64,000 nucleotides of DNA from Ancylonema sp. (taxonomy: Eukaryota), in assembly GCA_050230475.1 (NCBI GenBank), contig JBFLGF010000079.1:1-64000 (forward strand). Reading direction: 5' to 3'. The translations under genes were made by a program, and so were the position numbers. Below, piece by piece: positions 23,827 through 37,175 of this stretch. A model generated the notes under the pieces. That model had not been told where the DNA came from and searched no databases. It saw only the letters and a program-made list of their open reading frames with translations. Numbering within the stretch: the stretch's first letter is position 1; each line of letters opens with the position of its first letter.

Positions 23827-25728
23827 ACTCACGGAAGTAGCGGGAATGTGGGTAACAATGGCCTCGAGACCTGTAAATGGTACCAAAGCTTCAGATTGCC
23901 GCTACGTGTGGGACAACGCTGACTCAAATATCATGAGGGACATATCACGCGGCTACAGCACATGCTGTAAATTATTGGAGATGGAATTGACCGGGCGACA
24001 AGCAATGCGCAATGTGCCTGCACTTCGGCCACTCAAATATTGACTTTGGCCATTCCCCTCCCCTAGCCTGTAACAAGATTGCTTAAGTCGAGACAGGGCA
24101 TAAATATTCAATCACAAAATATAAGTGAAATTGGCGATGACATAACAGCCGAACAGAACATGATGGTTCTCTTTGCATCTCCACACCATTCACACGTCTC
24201 CCAGTTCCCACGATGTTGGGCGCCAGATATGATGCATTTCTCCCGGTATCAGGAGCCGAGTCTGGCGATACCATCCGGCGTAAATGCTGTCATGTACTTC
24301 AAACGTCGAAATTGGCGCAGTTTTTAAGATAAAGAAGCGCCCACATGTGTTACCTATACCTGTATACAAATTATCTTCTATTACCTTCATATGCGCCATT
24401 GCTCAAAAGAGCGCAATACTCTGATCGGCGCTTCTTTGACAGACAAGCACACCAGTCAACGCCCACAGTGCGAGAGGAGTGATGAAGATCGTTATCGAAA
24501 TGTGATGTCGAGCAGCAATGGGGTCGAGGGAGATTTCGATCGCTGCGATCCAGCATGCTTGCGCGGGCTCTGAGGTGCATTTCACCACGAAAGGAATGTT
24601 TGACTGCTGCCAGAATATGTAATTACTGAAACTAGATCATCCTAATCAATGTAGAAAAACGTAAAGAATTCAACTGGCGCTCTTTCCTGCGACAGAAATT
24701 GCGCAGAGATAGTATGCGGACGGCACACACGCGCTGATTGGTACACAAGTAAGCAGATGCAATGGCTGATGGAGGATCTAGCGTATGTAGCGCGGGAAAG
24801 TAAACTGATGTTACGATCATCTCCAACTTTCGGAGGGCAGATCGTCTATCGTGACCTCATTTTTTATGAGTATGACCGGCAGACGTCTTTCGTTTGAGCA
24901 TGGCTTCGACTCTCATCTTAGGTTGGCTCCATTCCCAGACTGGATGCTGAGATATCTACAAAAGATCCGAAGTGAATCCGTACCTGTCACTAGTCGCATT
25001 CGAGCATCAAGTTAATGCGACTTGTACCCCTTGTATTCTTGTGACTCACTTGAACCTGATATCATCTGTCCTCGTGCAATCGATTCCCACAGCGCCAGAC
25101 ATCTGACATGGCTTGAGTAACTTACACTCACTTTCATAGCCGGCAGGCGATAGGGATGTCGATTTTTCATTAACAATTGTTTTCTGGGATGCAGACCCGC
25201 AATTGTCAAATACTGGTCTCCCGTTTTTACGTGGTACGCCACTTTTTCCAAATTTACCATAAGCACATCTGAGGCACGTTCATCAGTGTCTCTCACCATC
25301 TGTCTTTTCACTGCATGTAGCATTTGGCATCCCGGAAATCATCCAGCCTCGCTTCCCTCCCCGAAATTTGTATCCTCGCTCAATGTTCTTCTCTTTATGA
25401 AGCTTTTTATTGTTGGCAACTTGCAGCAGATTAGATCCTTGGAGACGCAAACAATTTCGCACAGAGCCCAAAATCGCCCTTGTATCGAGAACTATGCCGC
25501 TCACTGCTGCTATGCGGTAATGCACCACTTCGCGTTTTCCCAAACTGACGTACCTTTGAAGGCAGAGAATCAGATTCAATTGGTGCACTGCATTGTTCCC
25601 TTTGATGAACACAAACGTGCCGAAAACTTCACTGAACTCGCCGGACACTTCAAAATGAGAAAACTCTTGGAGACAAAGTCAACCAAAACCTGCGTCCTTG
25701 CTGACGTGTTTGTGACAGTACTGTGCAG

Positions 25729-27244
25729 ATCGGCACAGCCGGAGCGGGCCCCATACACCTCTCCAGTTCAAATAGCAGTCGACACTTGTGAGATCTTGGT
25801 CGTTCGGCATGGTGAAACCAGTTGGAATCGCGATAAGAGATTGCAGGTGAGCGAATGTGCACAGAGAATATCGCAGGTTTCCACGTATCAAATCTGGTGT
25901 GTCAATTGTCAATGAAAAGGTTTCCTGCTGCTCACTGCATTCAGTTTCCTGCGGCCCCATCGTACAATCATTGGCTGACAGTGTGTTCTTTCCATCCGTA
26001 TGCTGCTCACACCTGCTTGCGCGGCGTGCATTGCGATGCAGGGCCAAGCAAACTCGGATCTGAATAGCCTCGGAAAAGTACAGGCCTCCGCGGTACGGCC
26101 CCTGTGCTTGTCTCGATCCCTATCTACGAGTGTACGAGTCAGGCTGTCAGAGCAATGCTGATTGGCAGTGACAAGAGGAGCTGACAGCCTGGCTTCCACT
26201 TCACATCTCTTCATCTCTTCATCTCTTGCAGCTCCACTGCTTGTCGAAATGATGTCAGTCCTTGTTCTGAAACAGGTGGCAGAGAGGCTCGCAAGTGGGG
26301 ACTGCCCCGTTTCTGCGGTGTATTCTTCCGATTTGAGGAGGGCAGTGGATACTGCCGACGAAATTGCCGCAAGATTTGGTATGCAGGTAGGAAGGAGGAG
26401 ATGGTCTGCTACATCGTCATGCTGGGCTCTTGGCAGCTGTGACATGAAAGTAACAAAAGGAACTCATTGCCACGGCATTGCAAGTATGGGGGCACTCAAA
26501 CCCCTGAGAACTCTGAGACTGCGTTTGCAGACAATTCAGGTGAAGGCTCTTCGGGAACGGCATTTGGGCGTCCTTCAGGGCCTCACCCCGAAGGAGGCGT
26601 CAGAGGCCCATCCAGCAGCATATGAACTCTTCCGATCTCGAGTTTGTGATCGGGACATTCCGGTGAGTAAACTCCTCATGCCCACATATTGTGTGACCCG
26701 GATTTCGCTAGTGGCGGTCTGTTTGAAACACGCGGCGTTCAAGAAATATATATGTGTGCTCTGGCTGCAGGGTGGGGGAGAGAGTCAGGACATGCTGGTC
26801 CGAAGAGTGGCAGATGCTTTTGAGATGATTGCGCAAAGAAATATTGGTAAAATTTCTTACAACTGATATATTCAATTGTGCAGTAGGGAGGAAGTGCATG
26901 TGGTTTAATTTACAGAGTGATGTATGTTGCTCAGTTACTGCACAGTGAAGATTTTTCTCAACCTGAGTATGCAGACCGTTGTGTCATCGAGATCAGTCAC
27001 ACAACTTGACGGTTTCCTTGCAGGGAGGAGAGTGATCGTAGTGAGCCATGGTGCTGTCATATCTGCTTTGCATCGCTTTATCACGGGGTCTGGTCCTCCC
27101 AATCGAGTGGTGAATACATCCATTAACTTTATTAGTTTAAGTGGCGTTGACAATTGGAAAGTGCTATCATGGGGGGATGTTAAACACCTCGAGGGGCTAG
27201 GCTTCGAAAGAGATGCCTTTGGGGGTGGGTCAGACTCTGGGTGA
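25729..27244 (+). CDS. Histidine phosphatase / phosphoglycerate-mutase-like protein (plant PGM-like 4 / iPSP type); upstream exon(s) unresolved
   Basis: RHGETSWN, YSSDLRRA, LRERHLGVLQG, GGGES, VVSHG, NTSIN and WGDVKHL spread over 6 in-phase exons. Confidence 0.88.
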
Positions 27245-29058
27245 ATGTCAAAACAACCCCTGCTTAGGCTTACAGTGCCGAATCCATTTTCCGTTGTTTG
27301 AAGGTTAGTAGTCAGAGTCATCAATGTTGGAAGCTTCACAAGTGGTAGAAATTGGTTATTATTATTGACCCATATCAAACCGCATGTACACACACATCAT
27401 TGCGCGTGTGCATATCGATATTTATGGGTGACACAGTTGCCTTGAAGTATATCATGAGCCTTATTTTGGATTGATCGAATATGAGGCTGGGATGCTGGCA
27501 ACGTAGACAGATAGTAAAAGGAGCTAGTTATTATGGCGCATTCAACTAATAAGCATGGACAACATCCGACTTGTGGAAGTGTTAATAATTGCTATTGTGT
27601 AACGCAGCACCGTCAAATGAGCGAGTTTAGCATCCATCATCTCTTGTAGTCATGGCTGGCCATTATTGACAAGCAATGGCGATCATGGTCAAAGAGAGTA
27701 ATTATTACCGACCAACAACAAAAACTGTCTACGAGATACAAAAAAGGACACCTCCATAGCTCCGAAGTACATATTATGTACAACATCGGATACGATATCT
27801 TGTAAGGCTTAGAGGATCTCGGGACAAAAGGCGGTAGTTGAACCATGCACCGACCCATTGCTCTAAAGATGTGCTATAGCTTGTATGGTGTCGATTTGGC
27901 GGGGACGCCATTTTTATGCATGTAACGTGGTACGTACCCATAACGAGTGTGCCCACAACGAAAATGTGTTGATGTTTGTCGCCACTTCACCGAACTCACA
28001 CGCACGATCGCCCCGGGCTCCCAATCTCGGCCACGACTCCATCCAATACCCGGATCGGCATGGCTCCATCTCTATCACTCTTCCTCGATCAAACGGGGAC
28101 GGGACGAGGATGGTTGGGATGGCGTTTCGCATTCCTCCTCCATCCCGCATTTCGGAGACACAAGAACGGGTTGATGGGACGAGGATGGCACGGAAATGGC
28201 CCGGTGCCACACGGGGTTGAAAGCGTCTTTTTACGTCACAAATGACTGTGTATCATTTTTTGTTCCTCGAGTATTGCGCTCCTCTACGCGCTATATTGCG
28301 CTACTTGTTTAACACACTGCACGACTTGATTCACTTTGTGAGCCCACGCCCGAAAGTGCTGCTTCCGGTGATTGAGCGAAAAATAGTACTTTTCAATAAA
28401 AAAAAATAGTTGATGATGTGGAGTTTTAAAAACACATACGATGAGTTCAATCTACGCGGCGCGTGCCACACATGTCCCACGTTTCACAACCATTGAAAGT
28501 GCGTGGGAGTATGTTGAAAACGAACTGGGACATCCCCATCCCCACGGTGCCAATGCCTTATCCCCAAATGTCACACGCTCCGTGCATACACGTATACGAG
28601 TTTACGTCGGATAGCCCCCCACTTTCGTACGTCACTTGTAAGTGACCACGCAATGTGTAATAAGTGCGATATTATGTGTTTCCCTCCTCTAGTCCGGCAA
28701 AGGGCACAATAAAATTCTTCGATTCTTTGCCCGTTTACATGTGCGATAAGCGTTGCCATATACATTGTGTGCACGCCGTGTCTCCATGCATTTTGGTCTC
28801 ATACTCCACTTACAACCAACAAACCTTCTCATCAAGGTCGTAAACTCCTCTCATATGTTCAGGCTTCGACGTGATATGACGAATTGGTGTGCAACTCATA
28901 TTCACACACACTACGAGATTTAGAATAGAAACATCTTCGAGCGTAAACAATTGAAAAACACGGCACCTTACACGGATACGACCCAACATTATAATAATTT
29001 TTGTATCTATATCTCATCCAACCCACATCCAAAAAGAAACAACGAATGCAACATTGTA

Positions 29059-29088
<30 letters not shown>
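29059..29088. repeat. (CAT)n microsatellite
   Basis: About 10 tandem copies. Confidence 0.9.
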
Positions 29089-29089
<1 letters not shown>

Positions 29090-29490
29090 GACGACACATA
29101 CGAGTTCTTGTGTGCGAGTTCCGCCTCATGTGTGCCTCATGCTTCATGTGCATCCTTGTAGGAGTGTATGCATGTCAATATGTATTGCGAGGAGATTTGA
29201 ATATAACAAAAATCTGGCATTTTCGTGCGCACGCGATTCAACTCAGGTTGTCTACTACCAATGCATATGGGTGGCCTCCCAATCAATAAATTCCAGTTCC
29301 GCACATCCTCATCTACCCCACACTCCAACTCCGACTCCAACTTCACTCCTCTCCTCTCAATACTGCCACCACGCGGGGCTGAGCCCAAAACTTTTCGGGA
29401 CCTGCCAAGATGGCACGAGGCTGATGTTGTATCCGGTGTTATATGTTATATCCACACAAGGTCAGTCATACGATGACACACACAAGATTG

Positions 29491-29642
29491 TTCAAAGATT
29501 CAAAGATTCAAAGATTCAAAGATTCAAAGATTCAAAGATTCAAAGATTCAAAGATTCAAAGATTCAAAGATTCAAAGATTCAAAGATTCAAAGATTCAAA
29601 GATTCAAAGACTCAAAGATTCAAAGACTCAAAGACTCAAAGA
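29491..29642. repeat. (TTCAAAGA)n octamer array, with a shorter (TTCAGAGT)n array at 29710-29740
   Basis: About 19 tandem copies read directly. Confidence 0.9.
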
Positions 29643-29790
29643 TATCATTGCAAATACAGGATTCAAATGTGAGGTGTGAGGGTAAGGATTACAGATTTGA
29701 AGGGTGGAGTTCAGAGTTTCAGAGTTTCAGAGTTTCAGGGTCGAGGGGCCTCTCCATTGTCCATCACTGTTATGTCTTCTTACACCCCCC

Positions 29791-31531
29791 CTACTCGAAC
29801 ATGAACCCCCGCGTCACGCGGTCCATGGCATTCTGAGTGGCGCTAAAGAGTCGGCGCCAGAATGCCTTGGCTGGCAGACTAGCATTGGCGACGTTGAGAA
29901 GCACCTCCGTGACTTCCCAAAGGGGGGGGGGAGGGGCAAGGGAGGGCAGAAGGGAGGGCAGAAGGGAGGGAGGGAGGGATGGGAACGGGGGGGGGATTGG
30001 AGAGTGGCAAGAGAGCGGCACAGGAGTAGGCGGGAGTGAGGAGGAGGCGGAAGAGGGGGGGTACGGTCCAGGAAGGGGGCAGTGGAGGGAAGAGGAAGAG
30101 GAGGGGGAGGATGGGGCATATGGGTCAGGAGTAGAGAGGGGGAGGGGTAAGAGGCTGTCGAGGGACGAGGTGGGGGAAGAGGGGGTCAAGGGGTCAGAAC
30201 GAGAGCAGATGGGTGATAAAGAGGTAGCAACGTGGGGGCACAAGAGGGGGGGAAGGGCGGGACAAGAGGAAGCATATGTGTTTGGAAGAGAGATGGAGGG
30301 ACAAAAGTCGGGGAAAGGAGAGGGGTAACGGAGGGAAGAGGGGGCAGAGAGGGCTGAAGAATCGTGGAAAGAAATGGGGACGGGGAGGTCGGGTGAAGGA
30401 AGGGGGCAGTGAAAGGAAGAGGAGGTGGCACAGGGGTCAAGCAGAGAGTGAGTGTGGGAGATGTCAGCTAAAGGAAGGGGGTCATGGAGTAAAGAGCAGG
30501 AAGAAGGGGATGAGGAGGCAGAGGGGTCATCATCATATATCATAGAGCAGGAGGGAGGGCTGTCAAGTAAAGGAAGGGGGCTATGCGGTGAAGAGGAGGT
30601 GGCAGGGGAAGAGGGGGCACAGAGGTCATGGAGAGAGCGGGAGAGAGGGAGGTCGGCTGAAGGAAGGGGGCAGTGGAGGGAAGAGGAGGAGGAAGGAGAA
30701 GAGGGGGCAGAGGGGTGAAACAAAGGGCGGGAAAGACGGAGGTCGGCTGCCCTCTCCCGCTCCACATCCCGTTGGATGGCCCTTGCAAAAATATATGCCA
30801 AGGCTTGGTGAGGGCACCCTTTACCGATCGGGGGCCCCCATCCTGTCCAAGGGCCGACGCACTCGTCCTCCTCCTCCTCCTCCTCCTCCTCCTCCCTCCC
30901 CTTCCCCTCTACACTTGGGCAGTCACGCCCCACCCTCAAATCAGCCCCCCACGTAGTCTCTTTGGTAGGGAGATTTTTGAATAACCTCCACCTTTTTGGT
31001 GGAGGCCGGAGTGACGACGCCGCTTCCAGCCACGCCTCGTACGACCTGGCTCCCTTCTGCAGCCTTCTTACCTTTTTTTGGAACCCACACCTTCGGGGGC
31101 CCGTGACGGTCAGCGGCGGCAGCAGCATTCGCTCTCGCCTGCCGCGACCGAATCACATGCCTCAAATCATTCTCTACACTTGGGCAGTCACGCCCCACCC
31201 TCACATCAGCCCCCGACGTAGTCTCTTTGGTAGGAAGATTTTTAAATACCTCCACCAAAAAATCCTCTGCCTCCTCCCTAATGGCCGCAGTGATAACGCC
31301 GCTTCCAGCCTCCATCATGGCCGGAGTGATGACGCCGCTTCCAGCCTCGCCTCCTACGACCTGGCTCCCTTCTGCAGCCTTCTTACCTTTTTTTGGAACC
31401 CACACCTTCGAGGTCCCGTGACGGTCAGCGGCGGCAGCAGCATTCGCTCTCGCCTGCCGCGACCGAATCACATGCCTCAAATCATTCTCTGCAAGGATTG
31501 ACACTGTGAGACACCAGCGAGGCATCGTCAT
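29791..31531 (-). pseudogene. Orphan low-complexity ORF (duplicated N-terminal module, acidic run, Pro/Ser-rich repeats), split by a frameshift near 30982
   Basis: ORFs 30941-31546 and 29791-31128 join into one frame if one base is removed. The second repeat copy reads GAGGTTATTCAAAAAT against GAGGTATTTAAAAAT in the first. No recognisable domain. Confidence 0.45.
30906..31490. repeat. Tandem duplication, copies ~30906-31174 and ~31171-31490
   Basis: Near-identical sequence from CTACACTTGGGCAGTCACGCCCC to CCTCAAATCATTCTCT. Confidence 0.9.
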
Positions 31532-31875
31532 GGTTTTTTCAATCAAGAATCAACACACAAATGCAGCAAATGAAAAGAACGCAACAGACAACAGACACAA
31601 AACGCAGCAGACAGCGGAAAGAGCAGATGATCAGCGAAAGCGAAACCGAAAGCGAGTGTCACAGGTGGCATGAGACTGGTATGTCGCGAGGGCATGTGAA
31701 GGTCGAGTTCGAACCACGTCCGGCGGGAGCTCTTTCGTTTCGAGCGTCCCACGGCCACGATTTGTTTTCGGATTCTCGACGCATCGCACGCTGAAATCCC
31801 ACGCTCACACATGTCCCACGTTTCACAACCATCGAAAGCGCGTGGGAATATGTTGTGCCGCTCCATATATCATCT

Positions 31876-32030
31876 TGTGCATATATGGTAGTTACGCCGC
31901 CGGTTGCAATCAAGAACCGGTGCAGGCGCTAGTGGCGCAACTGGTTTCACGATATACCGGGTTGCTGAGATCGTAGAGGATTACGAGTCCCGGCGGACCC
32001 GTGATTGGCGGTGCGTGACGTCGTGTGCAG
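31876..32030 (-). repeat. Dispersed repeat fragment (LTR 3'-end-like), also at 43765-43925 and inverted at ~48970-49060 and ~49378-49477
   Basis: Shared core CGCCGGTTGCAATCAA...TAGTGGCGCAA.TGGTTTCACGATATA. Confidence 0.75.
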
Positions 32031-32679
32031 GTCGCGGTCATGGGTAAGACTGCTGGGGGCCCTGAGGTCAGATGTGTCTGTTTCCCTGTTTACAGGGAAA
32101 CTCCGAATGTCGCTCCCAAAGCTCGTGAACGCTTGACATTTTGCGTCATGCACTTTCGAGTGATTAGCGCGTGAATATGTATAAATTTGTCGTGGCCACT
32201 CTCGTGAAAACAACGATGTACTCGACGTATGTCGACGTATGTCGACTTTCACCCCCGGTTACCGATGGACGTCATCATGGTTTATGTTGTCAGATTTCGA
32301 CACAGGCACAAAATTACCCTTGTCCTTGTGCCTACATCGTGGTGTGCTAGTGCCCATAACGAAGATGATTTGGCAACGAAAGAAGGTGCGCGCCATTTTG
32401 ATGCTTGTGACGGGGTATGTGCCCATGATGAGTGTGTTCGTAACGAGAATACTTCGATACACAACAGAGTCTCGTGTGAGGCACACCTTGGGGACGCGGG
32501 ACAATTGTGTTCGTAATGTATGTGAAGCGTTCCTTCACTCGGGAACATGGCAGGCATGACTTGACAACCTATACGAGAGCATCCCCCATGCCACGCCACC
32601 AATAGTTCGAATACAAGTTGCACTCCAAAGTGACCCATGCGACATAAAAAAGTAACGTCAACTTAAAGTAGGAATCATG

Positions 32680-34250
32680 GTTCAAAAATATTTTGGCCTT
32701 GCTCACATTCACACACAGATTTTTCTCGATGAGCAAAACATTTGAAATATTCCGGGCATACGCAAGGACGGCCTCCGAACTTGAGAACGTACCGCGCTTT
32801 CCCCATAGTTCCATGCCGTCAAGGCCTCTCACCCAAAACACGTAACGGCAACCACTGCCTCGGCGAGATCCATAGGGCACAAGATCATGTGCTTGGGTCC
32901 TTCTCTATAGCCTCAACCGTTATCCTGGCAAATTGTTCGCCCTTTTCCATGCTTCGACAACCATAGTGTGTCATCACCTTGCTAGTGGGGAACAATAACC
33001 AACATGAAACACACTTCTTCTTGTCTTTGGTGATACCGATTTTTTTGAGTGTGCTAAGGACATTGTTCTCCCCGAATTTCGCATTTGCGTAGAACTAGGC
33101 TTCTGGACTGGATGTGTGATAGCGCATTTTTTAATATGCATCACCGGCTGTGTACCAACTTTTGAAACGTGAGATCTTGCCGACGTTGTAGACTCCATAC
33201 GGTTGAAGTTTTTTTGCATGGTGATCCCCTTCCCGGTTACAAGATTCCGTGTAACCCTCCTCTTCCTCGACCTTTCTCGATTCGTTTTCGATCAATCTAG
33301 GGCTTCTAATAGACTTGTACTCGGTCGCAATTCAACCACTCAACCGTCCTTTGCACGGTAGCATCCCATAAACGGGAGGAGATCGCGACAATACGTGGCC
33401 CCATACTTATGGACCTTGTCGAGGAACTTCACTTTAAAATGCTCCCTCTCGCTATTGAAGTGATGATGGTTTCCGTTATCGCATGTTACATCGGGTTTTT
33501 TTAATTCCCCCCCCCCTCTTGATCTTGTTCGAAATCCCTATTCCCAGATTGACCGCCCACTAAAATTACAATCTCCGATAGCCCCTGGAATGAACCGACA
33601 ATGGAGTGGAGGGTCGGGATGTGTTCTTTGATGATATAGGAAGAAGAGTTGGCGAGGGTATGTTCCAAGGTTCTCAATGGTAATAGAAATCGACGGAGAA
33701 GTTTCTTTGTGTTGATGTCAAACGGTTCTATACCCCCACGGTTCAAACAAAGATAAGCTCCGAATCTAACTCCATCTCGTTCGGGTCTATATTTTGACGC
33801 TCCACTGCCACCCACTTGTTCGTTGATGCAGACATGGTATGGAAGATTTAAATCCCTAAAAAGCCGTATACTTCCGACTTCTCCATTGATCATGTTCTTT
33901 TGGTTCAGAGACTTCCAGAGTGGAATGGATTCCCAACCCGCGTGCAACAAGTCTTTTTCAGAAATACGCCTTCCATCTCGGCTGACAAGTTTGCAACTAT
34001 CTCGTCTTGCCCAATCGAAACTCTCCGCTCTCCGTCTATGGCAAACATCAAAAGAAATGTAGCCGCAAGGTCGACTCAACTCGTCGGAGTTGTCAGCTTA
34101 AAAATGAGATAAAACACATTCCTTGAACTTCCTACTGCATTCGAGTCCGGCAGTTATATCATCCTAGGTAGGGGGCATTACGCCATCCCATGCCTCTGTT
34201 TTAGCAGCCTTCTAGCTTTCACCAAACCTCGTGTATGGCATGGCCTTACT
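32680..34250 (-). mobile_element. Heavily degraded probable hAT-type transposase relic
   Basis: Frameshifted LKKTCCTR/WES resembles the hAT TRWxS motif, followed by LLRRFLLPLRTLEHTLANSSSY...IPTLHSI. Many stops; the match is weak and by eye. Confidence 0.35.
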
Positions 34251-34292
34251 TGGATGAATGTCCGTGACACGGAAAATGAATATTTAGTCCAA

Positions 34293-34859
34293 TGTTGTGC
34301 CATCTAGCATCGTGTTATAGTCCCACGTGCGATTCATCAATTATAACGAACTCTGTCGTAACATGCATTCACACGTACGAATTTTTATATACTCTCAACA
34401 TGGATGTACACACCTGGAGTCATGACCAAGTCGAGGTCCACTAAACACACGTGCGCGATATCATAAACCATTGCAAGCACATCACACGTGTATACATCAT
34501 GGCAAACAATATTTTATAGTCTACCAAAGGCAAGGCTTCGCCCTTGGTCTGGATGTAAAGTATCCGAAGCTTGAATGAGATGAAATGTAGGGCCAAATCA
34601 CATCAATCGATATGTTGCAATAAATTCCAATTAAATGATAATCAGGTAAGAAATGCCACCATGCACAAAAGACACGAGAATTGGTTAGTGATTTTAGCGG
34701 TGGTTCGCGAGGCGTACAAAGACCTATTGAGGTCTGATTACAAATGTTACAAAGTATAGAGTTGCCAGCTCCTATCCGATCAGCATCTTTTTGTGGCGCC
34801 GCTAAGCTGGCCACCACACCGACGTCCTTGACACTGCATTCCTAGCCAAGTATTATACA
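34293..34859 (+). mobile_element. Solo-LTR-like element (TGTTGTGCCATCTAGCATCG...TATACA)
   Basis: TG...CA ends. A diverged inverted copy lies at 35522-36128. Same 5' motif as copies at 45229, 47365 and 47852. Confidence 0.6.
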
Positions 34860-35189
34860 TTATGATTGTCCCGCCACCTACGGCACCATAGTCGGCGCTA
34901 AGGACGGACTATACTGCCAGCTGCATAGCAAGGCGGTTGTAAGATCACATTCAATTTCCATTTTCAATGCCTAGCAATACCCACACCACGTTAAAGGCGC
35001 CGTAAGTTAGTGATAGTTTGCCAGATCATGACGAGAGGCAAAAAGCGGATTCGTGACTTATCTGTATACTTTTAAGTAGCTATCAGCATCCAGCACCACT
35101 ATAGTACACGCCTATGTCGGACAATATTCGATCGTGTGCCTACATGATAAGGATTAGCGCCTATACGGTGAAAGAGTCTATAGGGTGAG
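34857..35189 (-). repeat. Perfect inverted copy of 257-589
   Basis: 333/333 identity by direct comparison. Confidence 0.95.
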
Positions 35190-35521
35190 GTCATTTGTGG
35201 CTTAACTATAATCTAAGGCCGTAGTTAGACCAAACGGTATGATTGTTCCGCCATCTATGACACATTCGGCAGCACTAAAGACGGACTGTACTGACAGCTG
35301 CGTTACCAGGCAACTAGAGAATAGGTGTACAAGTTCCTTAGTCAGCGATAAGTAAACGCGTTACACCGCGTTAAAGGCGTCGTAATTTAGCATCAACGTT
35401 GCGGGAAGGCGAGAGGATATGAAAGGCCTTTTTGTAACTTATGCGGATACTGCTCAGTAGCTGCGCGCGTACAGCACTACCACAGTACCCAATTTAACAT
35501 CTTCTCAGCTCAAGTGAAGTG

Positions 35522-36128
35522 TGTAGTAACATCTGTCCTAGTGTGCTAGTTTGTGAGTGGATAAACTAGTAAGTCGGCTAGCTTAAGGCCGCTGAGACGG
35601 CGTCGTGAGTCGATACGGCAGGATTTGTAGCTTCCTTGTAACTAGCATCATTGCTAGCTGAGTTCTAAAAGGTTTGTAACATTTGTGATCAGACCTTAAT
35701 CGGTCTTATCACTCACTCCTCGGGAACTGCTGAGCAATTAACTATTATTCTTCTATCAATTCTCAACGTGTTCGGCTGGCATTTTCCTTTTGTGTGAATT
35801 CATTCAGATCTCGATCGATCGTGTATTGCAATCTCACATCATTCATAAGTTTCGAACACTCTACGTTCAGACCAACGGCAACGCCTTGCCATAGGTAGAC
35901 TATAAAATACCATTTGACATGTGGTAGACTTGCGCCATGCTTGTATAATGTTCTTTATTAGTGCGCACATGTGTGTAGCGGACCTCGACTAGGTCATGAT
36001 TCCATATGTTGACATTCCATGTGATGAGATGACACATAATTGCACGTGTTTCATACTTATTACAACAATGGTCGTTATATCGAATGCGTTACACGTGTGA
36101 ATGGGGCACGATGCTTAACGGCACGACA
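35522..36128 (-). mobile_element. Solo-LTR-like element, inverted relative to 34293-34859
   Basis: Reverse-complement blocks match, e.g. GGTCTGAT.ACAAATGTTACAAA, ATTTTATAGTCTACC and TCATGACC.AGTCGAGGTCC. Confidence 0.6.
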
Positions 36129-36404
36129 ATAATGACTACGTCAGGTACATCACAAATGCAGCTAGGTACAAAGCATGGCTGCCACAGAGCTTCTACTTTC
36201 GTACAGTTGCATTGCTGGCCTTTGCTAGCTCTAGTACAGGATCCATAAAAGACATAATATTCCTAATTACACTTCGTCGCTACCGTAAACAATTGCGATG
36301 AGACACCTAAGCTTTTGGACGTGGGTGATTGTACTCTCAGCCATAGTGTGAGGAGTGTATGTGGACCTCCAGTTGATCGGTAACATGCTGCGGACAGGTG
36401 GTAG

Positions 36405-36729
36405 CGCGTATGGTGCCGTAAATGGCGGAGCAATCATGATGTTCATAATGGCCTTCGTTTGCTAATCGAAACTTGATTACGAACTACGTCCGCGCCAACA
36501 CGTGTCAAATCGAAACTTGATTGCAAAAACCCTCTAATTTGTCAAACATGGCTGTAGGACTTAAATACTGCGACCGCCTCATTCTACTATAGACGCGCAT
36601 TTCACCGTGTAGGCATTTTTCACCGTGTAAGTATATTTCACCGAATAGGCATATTTACCGTTTTAGGCACATTTACTCGTTTGACTCGATATATTATTAT
36701 GTAGGCACACGGTCGATTATTGTCCGACA
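36405..36729 (+). mobile_element. Diverged copy of the LTR-like unit at 555-873
   Basis: TATGGTGCCGTA...CAATCAT.ATGTTC start, TTCACCG.TAGGCA subrepeats, TGTCCGACA end. Confidence 0.6.
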
Positions 36730-37175
36730 CTAAATATATACTGCGTTTGTGTACGACAGAGAGAGTTTGTGTATGACAGTCTTTGTTGAAAACACGGACG
36801 AGAGTAGGTTGAGAAATTATGCGTGACTCTTCAACGTCGCAGAGTTTACCGCAAGTAGGACTCCAGGTTGCAAGTTGGATGCAACCCGACCCGGGTCGTC
36901 CAACCCTGTCGGCAGGGTATGTCGTGGTTCGTATCGTACGATAATGTGTCTACCAGACGTAGGGTCTTGGACCCTGAACCCTGAACCCGAAACCTGAACC
37001 CGACAGACCGTTTGCAGTCTCCGTCCGAAGCGCTGAAGCTCCAAAAATCTATAACATGGCGATTGTCCGGAGTCAAAGCGTGGTGGCTGGTGGTACACAA
37101 TGTTGGCCTCTGGCAGTGAGGTAACCTTGGGTAGGAATTGCCATCCTGCTACTGTTCCGTAAATCTGTACATAAG

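Noticed and set aside
257..35189. Giant cargo transposon with 333-bp TIRs, or a staggered-break inversion
   Set aside because: No clean TSD, ordinary housekeeping cargo, and the left copy is continuous with family sequence on both sides, which fits neither model.
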